Origin: Silicimonas sp.
GTDB lineage: Bacteria; Pseudomonadota; Alphaproteobacteria; Rhodobacterales; Rhodobacteraceae
NCBI GenBank assembly: GCA_022820365.1
Contig: JAJEFO010000115.1
Location: forward strand, 4,634-68,633
DNA: 64,000 nucleotides
Direction of reading: 5' to 3'
A program made the translations under genes and the position numbers. The notes beneath the pieces are model-generated. The model was not told the DNA's origin and ran no database searches. It was given only the letters and a program-made list of their open reading frames with translations. Each line of letters starts with the position of its first letter. Within the stretch, counting starts at the first letter, position 1. Of this stretch, positions 1 through 9,567 are shown one piece after another.

Positions 1-669
1 AATGGCCTGCACGCCGCGTTCGAGCAGTTCCTCGATTGCGGCCTCAGGTGCGGCGGACTCTGTCAGAGAAGTGAGTTCGCTACCACTTGGCAGAAACAGA
101 TCCGTCATTGAGATCATCCGCGACATCGCTTCAGCCATACCGTCGGCGGACAGGATCTCGCGTCTGATGTTTGGGTCAAACGAGACCGTGCCGCCATTGC
201 CTCGAATGGTTTCCGCAGTGCGTAAATTCAGCGCGACAAATTCCGGGCTGGAAAGCGATGACCCCATGACATGCAGATGGTCAGCCGAATCAAGCAAGGC
301 CTTCACAGTGTCGGTTACGTTCAAACGTCCCGCCGCGCTGTGGAAAATGTTGAAAACGAAATCCCTTTCGCCATTCGCGCGATATCGCACGAAAGCGCTG
401 CCTGTCGGGCGCTCTTTGTCGATGAAGACGCCCGAGACGTCGACACCGTCTCGGCGAAGCCGGTCGAGGTTCAGGTGCCCGAAGTCGTCATCACCGACAG
501 CCGAGACAATCGAAACTGGCTGCCCCATCTTGGCAACCTGATCGGCGAAAATCGCCGGCGCCCCGGATGGGAATGGTCCAGTCAGCGACTGTACCTCCAT
601 GAAGCCCTCGCCGATTTTGTCGGCCATGAATTCGACCAGGACTTCCCCAATGACAACGATTTTATTCAT
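1..669 (-). CDS. PfkB-family carbohydrate kinase (fructokinase-like); the C-terminus lies beyond the window edge
   Basis: Missing from the ORF track because it has no stop inside the window. The reverse complement from the ATG at 667-669 reads MNKIVVIGEVLVEFMADKIGEG..GPFPSGAPAIFADQVAKMGQPVSIVSAVGDDDFG..GGTVSFDPNIRREIL..TDLFLPSGSEL, a ribokinase/PfkB-like pattern. The + strand ORFs 2..541 and 271..672 are its antisense shadows. It is divergent from the LacI-type regulator of the polyol locus. Confidence 0.8.
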   Translation of the reverse strand, partial: MNKIVVIGEVLVEFMADKIGEGFMEVQSLTGPFPSGAPAIFADQVAKMGQPVSIVSAVGDDDFGHLNLDRLRRDGVDVSGVFIDKERPTGSAFVRYRANGERDFVFNIFHSAAGRLNVTDTVKALLDSADHLHVMGSSLSSPEFVALNLRTAETIRGNGGTVSFDPNIRREILSADGMAEAMSRMISMTDLFLPSGSELTSLTESAAPEAAIEELLERGVQAI

Positions 670-824
670 TGACTTAGCCGGCACACGAATTGGCGCTTCC
701 AACATGTCTGTGGAGTGGTCAAAACCCGGTGCGCAGTGCTCGGCGGAGGCTCCGTCTCAGGCTCGCTCTCCAGTCTGACTGTTGCTTCAACCTGACTCAC
801 CGGACGTAGTAGTAGGATTCTTTC

Positions 825-837
825 CATGTGTCAAAAA
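825..837 (+). promoter_or_regulatory. 13-mer CATGTGTCAAAAA, copy 1 (candidate operator or promoter element)
   Basis: An identical 13-mer recurs at 2056-2068 directly upstream of smoE. This copy lies in the divergent kinase/LacI intergenic region and is followed by aaatgaaatTGAC, giving GTCA-N10-TGAC. Confidence 0.3.
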
Positions 838-909
838 TGAAATTGACCGATCTTCGCAAGAGCGTCTAACTTTGGGCACATGTGCGCGATGTACGGCGTT
901 CCTGGGACC

Positions 910-1950
910 ATGTCGAAGCCCAAAATCAACACGATGAAAGAACTGTCAGAGACCATTGGGGTCTCGCGACCGACGCTGTCGAAGTATTTCCAGGATCCGG
1001 CAGCCGTCCGACCATCGACGTCGAAGAAGATCCAGGAGCGGCTGTCAGAGGTCGACTACGTCTACAATTTTCTGACCACGCGGCAGAACAGAAAGTCGAC
1101 GGAACTGATCGGTGTGATCGTTCCAAGTTACAAGGACCTTTTCTTTGCAAGCCTGATCGAGAGCATCGAGCAGTCCGCCCGGGAGCTCGGGTATACGATC
1201 ATCACCCAAAGCTCCAACGGAGACTCCGGTGTCGAAGCCAATGCCGTGCGCAAGATGCGTTCGATGAGCGTCGACGGGGCAATCGTGGCTCCAATTGGTG
1301 TCGCTGCCGATCATGACACCTTTGCTGCGGCGAGCGAGGACTTTCCGCTGGTGTTCATCGACTCGAGACCGGCGAAGTCGATGACCGTGGCAAATTTCGT
1401 TGGCACGGACAACACGCAGAGCATCGGTGCGATAGTGGAATACCTGTGCAGAACAGGTGATCCACCTGTATTTCTAGGCATGCCGGACTTGAACGCCAAC
1501 GCTCAGGAGCGAGAGGATGCCTATCGAGCGAAAATGCTGGCACTGAATCACGAGGCTATAGCGATCGAGCCCGCCGTTGCCGGTGGATCCTGGGAATTCG
1601 AAGCCTTCGGTTACACGGTTATGGACGACTGCTTTGGCCGCCGAGAATTCACGAATTCCACGATCCTTTGCGCCAATGACCGTGTTGCCATCGGAGCGAT
1701 CCGTGCAGCCAACAAGCACGGCCTTTTCCCGCGCGGCGGCATTGCGGGCGGCGGTCTGCGTATTGCGGGCCATGACGACCATCCGCTCAGCCAGTACATG
1801 ACTCCGGCTCTTACAACGGTGGCCCAAGACGTCGAGGGCATAGCCGACGCTGCAATCCAGCTATTGGCCCAACGTGCGCGGGGCGGGCGCAGCGCGGAAG
1901 CAGTTGAGGTCTTTCTCGATGCGACCATGAAGCCGAGAGAGTCCGCCTAG
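910..1950 (+). CDS. LacI-family transcriptional regulator
   Basis: N-terminal HTH MKELSETIGVSRPTLSKYF, followed by a periplasmic-binding-protein-like sugar-binding core. I chose the start at ATG 910 (MSKPKINT) rather than the ORF-track start at 880. Confidence 0.85.
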   Translation: MSKPKINTMKELSETIGVSRPTLSKYFQDPAAVRPSTSKKIQERLSEVDYVYNFLTTRQNRKSTELIGVIVPSYKDLFFASLIESIEQSARELGYTIITQSSNGDSGVEANAVRKMRSMSVDGAIVAPIGVAADHDTFAAASEDFPLVFIDSRPAKSMTVANFVGTDNTQSIGAIVEYLCRTGDPPVFLGMPDLNANAQEREDAYRAKMLALNHEAIAIEPAVAGGSWEFEAFGYTVMDDCFGRREFTNSTILCANDRVAIGAIRAANKHGLFPRGGIAGGGLRIAGHDDHPLSQYMTPALTTVAQDVEGIADAAIQLLAQRARGGRSAEAVEVFLDATMKPRESA

Positions 1951-2055
1951 CCAATCCTACTCGGACCTCTTCCGGCGAGAACGGGTTCGAGTTTCCTATT
2001 GACTCCGAGCCATGCACCACCATAAACTTTACACGCGTCAAAATCATGACATTTA

Positions 2056-2068
2056 CATGTGTCAAAAA
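2056..2068 (+). promoter_or_regulatory. 13-mer CATGTGTCAAAAA, copy 2, abutting the smoE Shine-Dalgarno
   Basis: Identical to 825-837. It is embedded in cGTCAaaatcaTGACAtttacatgTGTCAaaaaaggagg (2034-2075), which contains several GTCA/TGAC half-sites. Confidence 0.3.
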
Positions 2069-2079
2069 AGGAGGACTGA

Positions 2080-3405
2080 ATGCCTACGAAACACACACTG
2101 CTTAGCACGGCAGTCGGCGTCGGGATAGCGGCGCTCGCATCCACGGCCGTGGCGGAAGAAATCACGATCGCGACGGTTAACAACGCTGACATGATCGTCA
2201 TGCAAAAGCTCGCTCCGCAGTGGGAGGAAGCGACCGGCAACACGATCAACTGGGTTGTCCTGGAAGAAAACGTGCTCCGTCAGCGGACCACGCAAGATAT
2301 CGCCACTGGAGGTGGTTCGTTCGACATCATGTTCATCGGTGCGTACGAGACGCCGATCTGGGGTGCCAACGGCTGGCTGACGTCACTGAACGACTTCGGT
2401 GACGACCCCGACTATGATCTGGAAGACATATTCCAGCTGGTGCGGAACGGTCTGTCTGCCGACGGCAACCTCTATGCGGTGCCGCTCTATTCAGAAACCT
2501 CGTTCACCTTCTATCGCACGGACCTGTTCGAAAAGGCCGGGATAGCAGCGCCGACGGAGCAGATCACCTACACTGAGTTTGCCGAGATGGCTGCCAAGCT
2601 TCATGATCCGGACAACGGCGTCTTCGGAACCTGTCAGCGCGGCAAGGCTGGCTGGGGCGAGAACATGGCGTTCGTCGGGACCATGGCAAATGCATTCGGC
2701 GCGCGCTGGTTCGACATGGACTGGAATCCACAGCTTGACAGTCCTGAGTGGAACGCCGCGATCACCTACTACGTCGACCTGATGAACAACTCCGGTCCTC
2801 CGGGTGCGACGGCAAACGGGCACAACGAAAACCGCGCCCTGTTCAAGGACGGCAAATGCGCAACCTGGGTCGACGCCACTTCCGCCGCAAACGACGTTCG
2901 CAATCCAGCGACGTCCAATGTGGCCGACGTCACAGACTTCTTCCAGGCACCAAAGCAGGAAACGGACAAGGGAACTGGCTGGTTCTGGTCTTGGGCCCTT
3001 GCCATCCCGGCAAGCTCTCAGAAGGCTGACACTGCCAAGGACTTCCTGAAGTGGGCGACTTCGAAGGAGTACTTCCAGATGGTCGGCGACACCGAAGGTT
3101 GGGTTGCCGTACCCAGCGGCACGCGCGCCTCCATTCACGAGGACCCGCGCCTCCTGGAAGCCGCGCCGTTCGCCGAAACCATCAAGAACGCGATCTTCTC
3201 GGTCGACCCGGCCGACCCGACGCGTGACCCGGTCCCGTACACCGGCGTTCAGTTCGTGGCGATCCCTGAGTTCCAAGGCATCGGCAACTACGTCGGGCAG
3301 CAGGTCGCAGCGGCCCTGGCCGGTCAGGTAACGGTTGAACAGGCTCTGGCCAACGGTCAGCAATTCGCGGTCCGCGAAATGACCAAGGCGGGTTACATCA
3401 AGTAA
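2080..3405 (+). CDS. smoE: Sorbitol/mannitol-type ABC transporter substrate-binding protein
   Basis: Signal peptide MPTKHTLLSTAVGVGIAALASTAVA on a family-1 solute-binding protein. It is the first gene of an SBP / two permeases / ATPase / SDR / mannitol-dehydrogenase string in the same order as the Rhodobacter sphaeroides smoEFGK-smoS-mtlK operon. The SD aaggagg lies upstream. Confidence 0.75.
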   Translation: MPTKHTLLSTAVGVGIAALASTAVAEEITIATVNNADMIVMQKLAPQWEEATGNTINWVVLEENVLRQRTTQDIATGGGSFDIMFIGAYETPIWGANGWLTSLNDFGDDPDYDLEDIFQLVRNGLSADGNLYAVPLYSETSFTFYRTDLFEKAGIAAPTEQITYTEFAEMAAKLHDPDNGVFGTCQRGKAGWGENMAFVGTMANAFGARWFDMDWNPQLDSPEWNAAITYYVDLMNNSGPPGATANGHNENRALFKDGKCATWVDATSAANDVRNPATSNVADVTDFFQAPKQETDKGTGWFWSWALAIPASSQKADTAKDFLKWATSKEYFQMVGDTEGWVAVPSGTRASIHEDPRLLEAAPFAETIKNAIFSVDPADPTRDPVPYTGVQFVAIPEFQGIGNYVGQQVAAALAGQVTVEQALANGQQFAVREMTKAGYIK

Positions 3406-3416
3406 CCTTTCCCTTG

Positions 3417-3447
3417 AATGGGCCGGAGCTTCATGCTTCGGCCCATT
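3417..3447 (+). terminator. Intercistronic stem-loop after smoE (attenuator or mRNA stabiliser)
   Basis: AATGGGCCG(13-nt loop)CGGCCCATT forms a perfect 9-bp stem 12 nt after the smoE TAA, followed by ttcaattt. Confidence 0.45.
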
Positions 3448-3568
3448 TCAATTTACGACCCCTGAATGCTAGCATTTTGGCAAAGGCCTAAATTATGCTA
3501 GGATTCCGGCAAAGTCCTGAACTGGGCTTTTTCTCACTTGCTGATCCGCAATTCGTTTTGGGAGGGCA

Positions 3569-4447
3569 ATGCGAATGGCCACGAAAGCGTCCCGATCCGC
3601 CGCGCGATTGATGATCTCGCCCGCCGTGCTGTTGCTTCTCGGCTGGATGCTCGTCCCGCTCTGTCTGACCCTTTACTTTTCGTTCCTGCGATACAACCTG
3701 CTGCAGATCGGTCCGACGCCGTTTGCGGGCTGGGAAAACTACTACTGGTTCGTCACCGATCCCAGCTTCACGGCCGCGATCAAGAACACTCTGGTGTTGG
3801 TCGGAGGCGTGTTAGCCATCACGACGATCGGCGGGCTCTTCGCCGCAATTCTGCTGGATCGACCGATGTTCGGCACCGGGATCATCCGCATCATGGTCAT
3901 CGCGCCATTCTTCGTGATGCCCACCGTGTCGGCGCTGGTCTGGAAGAACATGTTCATGAACCCTGTGAACGGCATCTTCGGGCGCATCGCCACGAGTCTG
4001 GGTTTTGAACCTATCGACTTTTTTGGCCAAATCCCGTTGGCCTCCATCATCATCATTGTGTCCTGGACGTGGCTGCCGTTCGCGACATTGATCCTGTTGA
4101 CAGCGCTGCAATCGCTGGATCAGGAGCAATTGGAGGCCGCTGAGATGGATGGCGCGGGCTGGTGGAACAGGTTCTGGTTCATCATGCTGCCGCACCTGGC
4201 TCGTGCGATCACCGTCGTGATCCTGATCCAGACGATCTTTCTCCTGTCGATTTTCGCCGAAATCCTTGTGACCACCAACGGCGGCCCCGGCACGGCTACC
4301 ACAAACCTGACATACCTGATCTATGTCTCGTCTCTTCTGCAGTTCGACGTTGGCATGGGCAGTGCTGGTGGTGTCATCGCCATCATTCTCGCCAACATCG
4401 TTGCGATCTTCCTGATGCGGATGATCGGCAAGAACCTCGACGCATAA
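3569..4447 (+). CDS. smoF: ABC transporter permease (MalF/UgpA type)
   Basis: Multi-pass membrane protein with the EAA-loop region QSLDQEQLEAAEMDGAGWWNRFWFIMLP. Position in the operon supports the call. Confidence 0.8.
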   Translation: MRMATKASRSAARLMISPAVLLLLGWMLVPLCLTLYFSFLRYNLLQIGPTPFAGWENYYWFVTDPSFTAAIKNTLVLVGGVLAITTIGGLFAAILLDRPMFGTGIIRIMVIAPFFVMPTVSALVWKNMFMNPVNGIFGRIATSLGFEPIDFFGQIPLASIIIIVSWTWLPFATLILLTALQSLDQEQLEAAEMDGAGWWNRFWFIMLPHLARAITVVILIQTIFLLSIFAEILVTTNGGPGTATTNLTYLIYVSSLLQFDVGMGSAGGVIAIILANIVAIFLMRMIGKNLDA

Positions 4448-4459
4448 GGAGCAGGGGGC

Positions 4460-5293
4460 ATGGCACGCGCAGTCTCGAACCGAACCAAAGGCGTCAACAC
4501 GGCCATTGCCGGTGCGCTCGGGTTCCTGATGTTCTTTCCGATTCTCTGGATCCTCTTCCTCGCGTTCAAGACGGAAGAGGACGCGATCCGGGCGCCATTG
4601 GAAGTGCTGTTCGGTTCTGGCTGGACGATGGAGAGTTTCGCAACGGTTCAGGCCCGATCAGACTACTTCAAGCACTTCTCCAACTCAGTGATCATCTCGC
4701 TTGGATCCACGTTCCTGGGACTTTTGGTTGCCATACCGGCGGCTTGGTCAATGGCGTTTGTTCCATCCAAGCATACCAGGAACGTACTGATGTGGATGTT
4801 GTCGACGAAAATGCTGCCACCGGTCGGCGTGCTCGTACCCATCTACCTGATCTTCCGTGACCTGGAACTCCTCGATAGCCGATTTGGACTGACCATCGTG
4901 CTGATGCTGATCAACCTGCCGATCATCATCTGGATGCTGTATACCTACTTCAAGGAAATCCCGGGCGAAATCCTTGAAGCCGCGCGAATGGATGGCGCGA
5001 CCCTGCGTGCAGAGATCCTGTACGTGCTGACGCCAATGGCGATTCCGGGAATGGCTTCAACCGTTCTCTTGAACATCATCCTGGCTTGGAACGAGGCATT
5101 CTGGACGATCAACCTGACGGCTTCGAATGCCGCGCCACTGACGCAGTTCATTACCAGCTATTCCAGCCCCGAGGGCCTGTTCTACGCCAAGCTCAGCGCA
5201 GCTTCCGTCATGGCAATTGCACCTATCCTGATCATGGGCTGGTTCAGCCAGAAGCAACTCGTCCGCGGCCTGACCTTCGGCGCGGTGAAGTGA
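4460..5293 (+). CDS. smoG: ABC transporter permease (MalG/UgpE type)
   Basis: EAA-loop region [28 protein letters not shown]. The gene starts 12 nt after smoF. Confidence 0.8.
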   Translation: MARAVSNRTKGVNTAIAGALGFLMFFPILWILFLAFKTEEDAIRAPLEVLFGSGWTMESFATVQARSDYFKHFSNSVIISLGSTFLGLLVAIPAAWSMAFVPSKHTRNVLMWMLSTKMLPPVGVLVPIYLIFRDLELLDSRFGLTIVLMLINLPIIIWMLYTYFKEIPGEILEAARMDGATLRAEILYVLTPMAIPGMASTVLLNIILAWNEAFWTINLTASNAAPLTQFITSYSSPEGLFYAKLSAASVMAIAPILIMGWFSQKQLVRGLTFGAVK

Positions 5294-5303
5294 GGAACAG
5301 AAT

Positions 5304-6305
5304 ATGGGACAGATTCAGCTCAAGCAGGTAAGCAAATCCTTCGGTGATGTTGAAGTGATTCCGCCGCTGGACCTGCAAATCGAGGATGGAGAATTCGTCG
5401 TCTTTGTCGGCCCATCGGGATGCGGCAAGTCCACGCTATTGCGGCTGATTGCCGGGTTGGAGGATGTCACAGCCGGCAGCATCGAGATCGACGGCAATGA
5501 CGCAACCGCCACTCCTCCCGCCAAGCGCGGCCTGGCGATGGTGTTCCAGTCATACGCGCTATACCCGCACATGTCGGTCAGGAAGAACATCGCTTTCCCG
5601 CTGAAGATGGCCAAGATGGACCAGGCCGAAGTCGACAAGCGGGTGGCCAATGCTGCAAGCGTGCTGAACCTGACGGATTATATCGACCGGAGGCCCGGCC
5701 AACTCTCGGGCGGCCAGCGTCAGCGTGTCGCCATCGGTCGCGCGATCGTGCGCGAACCCGCGGCCTTCTTGTTCGACGAACCGCTTTCCAATCTCGACGC
5801 GGCTCTGCGCATCGGCATGCGGCTGGAAATCAGCGAGCTGCACAAGCGACTCGATACTACGATGATCTACGTCACTCACGACCAGGTCGAAGCGATGACA
5901 ATGGCGGACAAGATCGTAGTTCTGCAGGCTGGTGTTATCGAGCAGGTAGGCTCTCCGCTGGAACTCTATCAGGCACCGCGCAACAAGTTTGTGGCCGGAT
6001 TCATCGGCTCACCCAAAATGAACTTCATCGAAGGCAACGAGGCGCAAAAACACAGTGCCCACACAATCGGCATCAGGCCCGAGCACATCGAGGTCGGCGA
6101 CAGTGGCCCGTGGAAGGGCGTGGTCGGCGTGGCAGAACACCTCGGGTCGGATACCTTCATCCACATTCACGACACCGGATTGACAGATCCCTTGACAGTG
6201 CGTGCCTCTGGCGAGGTAGCGTTCAGTTACGGCGACACGATCCATTTGAGGCCGCGCGACGACCGATTCCACAGATTTGACGAACGAGGGATGCGGATCG
6301 CATGA
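5304..6305 (+). CDS. smoK: ABC transporter ATP-binding protein (MalK type)
   Basis: Walker [10 protein letters not shown], signature [14 protein letters not shown], Walker [12 protein letters not shown], plus a C-terminal MalK-like regulatory domain. Confidence 0.85.
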   Translation: MGQIQLKQVSKSFGDVEVIPPLDLQIEDGEFVVFVGPSGCGKSTLLRLIAGLEDVTAGSIEIDGNDATATPPAKRGLAMVFQSYALYPHMSVRKNIAFPLKMAKMDQAEVDKRVANAASVLNLTDYIDRRPGQLSGGQRQRVAIGRAIVREPAAFLFDEPLSNLDAALRIGMRLEISELHKRLDTTMIYVTHDQVEAMTMADKIVVLQAGVIEQVGSPLELYQAPRNKFVAGFIGSPKMNFIEGNEAQKHSAHTIGIRPEHIEVGDSGPWKGVVGVAEHLGSDTFIHIHDTGLTDPLTVRASGEVAFSYGDTIHLRPRDDRFHRFDERGMRIA

Positions 6306-7066
6306 AGCGATTGGACGGCAAGGTAGCGCTCGTAACTGGCGGTGCGCGCGGAATCGGACGTGCGATCTGCGAGGCCTACGCACGCGAGGGCGCCCAGGTC
6401 GCGGTCGCCGACCTCCTGGAGGTCGATGCGCTGGAAACTGCGGAGGCCATCGGTGGCATGGCCGCCTTGATGAACGTCACCGACATTGCTTCAATCCGGG
6501 CTGGCGTCGCGGCGGTCGAGGAGGCTTGGGGAGGGATCGACATTCTGGTCAACTGCGCCGGCATCTTCAACATGGCGTCGATCGACAAGGTCACGCCCGA
6601 GGATTATCGCCGCCAGTATGACGTCAATGTCGGCGGCACGATTTTCGCATGCCAAGCGGTCATTCCGTCGATGAAGAAGCGCGGTGGCGGCGCAATCATC
6701 AACTTCGCCAGCCAGGCAGGGCGCCGAGGCGAGCCGAACGTCACCATATACTGCTCGACAAAGGCGGCGGTAATCTCGATCACGCAATCGCTCGCCTTGG
6801 AACTGGCGAGTGACAACATACGTGTCAACGGCGTCGCGCCAGGTGTCATCGACACGCCGATGTGGGATGTTGTGGACGCAAAATTTGCAGAATACGAGAA
6901 AAAGCCCAAGGGTCAGAAGAAGCGCGAGGTCGGCGAATCCGTTCCATTGGGCCGTATGGGAGACCCGGCGGACGTCGCCGATCCTTGCATATTCCTGGCC
7001 TCGGCCGACGCACGTTACATCACCGCGCAGACGCTGAATGTGGACGGCGGAAACTGGATGAGCTGA
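6302..7066 (+). CDS. smoS: Short-chain dehydrogenase, sorbitol dehydrogenase-like
   Basis: SDR motifs [14 protein letters not shown] and YCSTKAA. Its ATG overlaps the smoK TGA (ATGA). Confidence 0.75.
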   Translation: MKRLDGKVALVTGGARGIGRAICEAYAREGAQVAVADLLEVDALETAEAIGGMAALMNVTDIASIRAGVAAVEEAWGGIDILVNCAGIFNMASIDKVTPEDYRRQYDVNVGGTIFACQAVIPSMKKRGGGAIINFASQAGRRGEPNVTIYCSTKAAVISITQSLALELASDNIRVNGVAPGVIDTPMWDVVDAKFAEYEKKPKGQKKREVGESVPLGRMGDPADVADPCIFLASADARYITAQTLNVDGGNWMS

Positions 7067-8544
7067 TGCCTGATCCGGTTAAGCTGTCCAACGCCAATCT
7101 GGGCAGGCTGCCCGAAGCCGTGCTGGCCCCAACCTATGATCGGTCGCAGCTGACGCCGGGCATCGTACATATCGGGCTGGGGAATTTCCATCGCGGGCAT
7201 CAGGCTTGGTATCTGCATCGGCTTATGCAGCATGGTCTGGCGCATGACTGGGCCATCGTGGGCGCCGGCGTGCGTCCCTTCGACGAGGCGCAGCGGCAGA
7301 AGATGGTGGCGCAGGACTTTCTGACGACGCTGATCGAGCTGGGTCCGGCGGGCGGCTCCGTCGAGGTCGTGGGCTCCATGATCGACTATGTGCCCGTAGC
7401 GACCGGAAACGGCCCGCTGATCGACCGCTTGGCCGATCCTTCGATACGCATCGTGGCGATGACTGTCACCGAAGGCGGCTATTACATCGACCCCTTGTCC
7501 AAGGGCTTCGACACCGGACACGCAGACATTCAGCACGACGCTGCCAATCCTGGTACGCCGCGCACCGCATTCGGCGCAATCATCGCCGCCTTGGCGCAGC
7601 GGCGCGCGGCGGGTTCCGGGCCGTTCACGCTGCAAAGCTGCGACAACCTGCAGGGCAACGGCACGATCATGCGCCAGACCGTGGTGTCGCTGGCGAGTCT
7701 CTCGGATCCCGACCTGGCCGATTGGATCGACGTCAACTGCAGCTTTCCCAACTCGATGGTCGACTGCATCGTTCCCGCAACCGGTCCCAATGAACTTGCC
7801 ATGGTGCGTGAGCACGGCATCGACGATGCGGTGCCCGTCACGCATGAGAACTTCCGCCAATGGGTGATCGAGGACGATTTCTGCGCAGGCCGCCCACCTT
7901 GGGAAAAGGTCGGCGTTACGATTACAGACCAGGTGCACGAGTACAAGGCGATGAAGATCCGCATCCTGAATGGCGGGCACCAAGTGATTTCCAATCCCGG
8001 CGAGATCCTGTCGGTCGCGACGATTTCTGGCTGCATGGAGCATCCGTTGATCGGGCCGTTGTTTCGGAAAGTGGCGAAGGAAGAAATTGTACCGCATGTC
8101 CATGCGGTGTCCGGCATGACGCCCGAAGCTTATGTCGATCTGATCGACCGCCGGTTCTCAAACCCTCTGATCGTCGATACGACGCGTCGGGTGGCCTTTG
8201 ACGGCTCTTCCCGACACACCGGATTCATCCTGCCGGTGGTGCGTGACGCCTTGGCGTCAAGCGCGCCACTTGAAGGCCTCGCCCTGACAGAGGCAGTCTG
8301 GGCGCGCATGTGCGAAGGCACCCGGGCGGACGGTAGCATGATCCAGCCCAACGATCCGATGTGGGACGAGCTGACTGCTATGGCGAAGACGGCAAAAGAA
8401 GACCCACTGGCCTGGCTCAAGCAGCGCGCACTCTACGGCGACTTGGCGGACAATCCCCGCTTCGCTGAGGCGTTCGCCCGCTGGCTCACATTGACCTGGT
8501 CCGAAGGCCTCGAGTCCGCGCTAAGCCAGTATCTGAGAAGTTAG
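7066..8544 (+). CDS. mtlK: Mannitol 2-dehydrogenase (long-chain mannitol dehydrogenase family)
   Basis: N-terminal region IVHIGLGNFHRGHQAWYL and a ~490-aa length typical of the family. The start is placed at ATG 7066, overlapping the smoS stop by 1 nt. The ORF-track extension 6862-7065 lies inside smoS in another frame. Confidence 0.8.
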   Translation: MPDPVKLSNANLGRLPEAVLAPTYDRSQLTPGIVHIGLGNFHRGHQAWYLHRLMQHGLAHDWAIVGAGVRPFDEAQRQKMVAQDFLTTLIELGPAGGSVEVVGSMIDYVPVATGNGPLIDRLADPSIRIVAMTVTEGGYYIDPLSKGFDTGHADIQHDAANPGTPRTAFGAIIAALAQRRAAGSGPFTLQSCDNLQGNGTIMRQTVVSLASLSDPDLADWIDVNCSFPNSMVDCIVPATGPNELAMVREHGIDDAVPVTHENFRQWVIEDDFCAGRPPWEKVGVTITDQVHEYKAMKIRILNGGHQVISNPGEILSVATISGCMEHPLIGPLFRKVAKEEIVPHVHAVSGMTPEAYVDLIDRRFSNPLIVDTTRRVAFDGSSRHTGFILPVVRDALASSAPLEGLALTEAVWARMCEGTRADGSMIQPNDPMWDELTAMAKTAKEDPLAWLKQRALYGDLADNPRFAEAFARWLTLTWSEGLESALSQYLRS

Positions 8545-8574
8545 AACCTTTGAACGCCCGGCCCGGAGAGTTGA

Positions 8575-9567
8575 ATGAAGGCAGTTTGGTTTCCGTCCCC
8601 AAATGACGTTAGTGTCGGCACTTTGCCCGATCCCGACCCGGACCGAGGGGAGGTATTGGTCCGAGTCAAAGCAAGTGGAATTTGTCACACCGACATCGAA
8701 GTGATGCGTGGCAACTACGGAACATCAACGTATCCGATTGTGCCCGGCCATGAATTCGCAGGTGAAGTCGCAGAGATCGGTAAAGATGTTTCAGGTATCT
8801 CCATTGGTGATCGCGTTGTCGTCGACCCCAATCTCCAATGTGGCACTTGCCGTGCGTGCCTGCGAGGCTGGGCCCACCTCTGTGAACACCTCGGAGCCTA
8901 CGGCGTCACTGTTAATGGCGGTTTCGCGGAATATTGCACCGTGTGCGCAGGGGCAGTTCACGCGATTGGCGACATGAGCTTCTCCGAGGCCGCGCTGGCA
9001 GAGCCCATGGGATGTGTTCTGAATGGCCTCTCACCGCTTCAGGACGAAATTGTCGAACGCGCCATCATTTTCGGCACCGGCCCAATGGGGCTCTTGATGG
9101 GGCTCACGCTTAAGTCACGCGGAACGGCCGAAGTGATTATGGTTGACCGGCTTGAAGACCGGCTGGACAGGGCCGAGAGCGTCGGCTTGAGAGCGATAAA
9201 CTCCGATGCTGGTGAGATAGCCAGACTGTCTAGGTCATGCGACCTAGCAGTCGACGCCACTGGCGTTCCCGCCGTCGTCGAGAAACTTCTGGATTATGTC
9301 GGAAACGGCGGTGCGGCGCTGGTTTTCGGTGTGTGCCCGTCAGACGCAAGGATCGCCGTTTCTCCATTTGAGATCTTCCGCCGCCAGCTTTCGCTATTTG
9401 GAACGCATTCGCTGAACCACAACATTCCCGACGCGCTGGAAGTGCTCAAAGTAGTTGGTGCATCTGTGCAAAAGGTAGTCAGTCATCAGTTGCCGTTCGA
9501 AGAAATCGCTACGGTCATGGGAGGCCGACACCTGCCTGGCAGCATGAAAATTCAGATGGCTGTCTAA
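8575..9567 (+). CDS. Zn-dependent medium-chain (MDR) alcohol/polyol dehydrogenase
   Basis: Catalytic-zinc region GICHTD..GHEFAG, structural-zinc Cys cluster CGTCRACLRGWAHLC, Rossmann motif FGTGPMG. Confidence 0.85.
   Translation: MKAVWFPSPNDVSVGTLPDPDPDRGEVLVRVKASGICHTDIEVMRGNYGTSTYPIVPGHEFAGEVAEIGKDVSGISIGDRVVVDPNLQCGTCRACLRGWAHLCEHLGAYGVTVNGGFAEYCTVCAGAVHAIGDMSFSEAALAEPMGCVLNGLSPLQDEIVERAIIFGTGPMGLLMGLTLKSRGTAEVIMVDRLEDRLDRAESVGLRAINSDAGEIARLSRSCDLAVDATGVPAVVEKLLDYVGNGGAALVFGVCPSDARIAVSPFEIFRRQLSLFGTHSLNHNIPDALEVLKVVGASVQKVVSHQLPFEEIATVMGGRHLPGSMKIQMAV

Noticed and set aside
2-672. The + strand ORFs 2..541 (179 aa) and 271..672 (133 aa)
   Set aside because: Their translations are low-complexity and Arg/Ser-rich with no motifs. 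The opposite strand reads as a clean PfkB kinase from an ATG at 669, so these are antisense shadow ORFs typical of GC-rich DNA.
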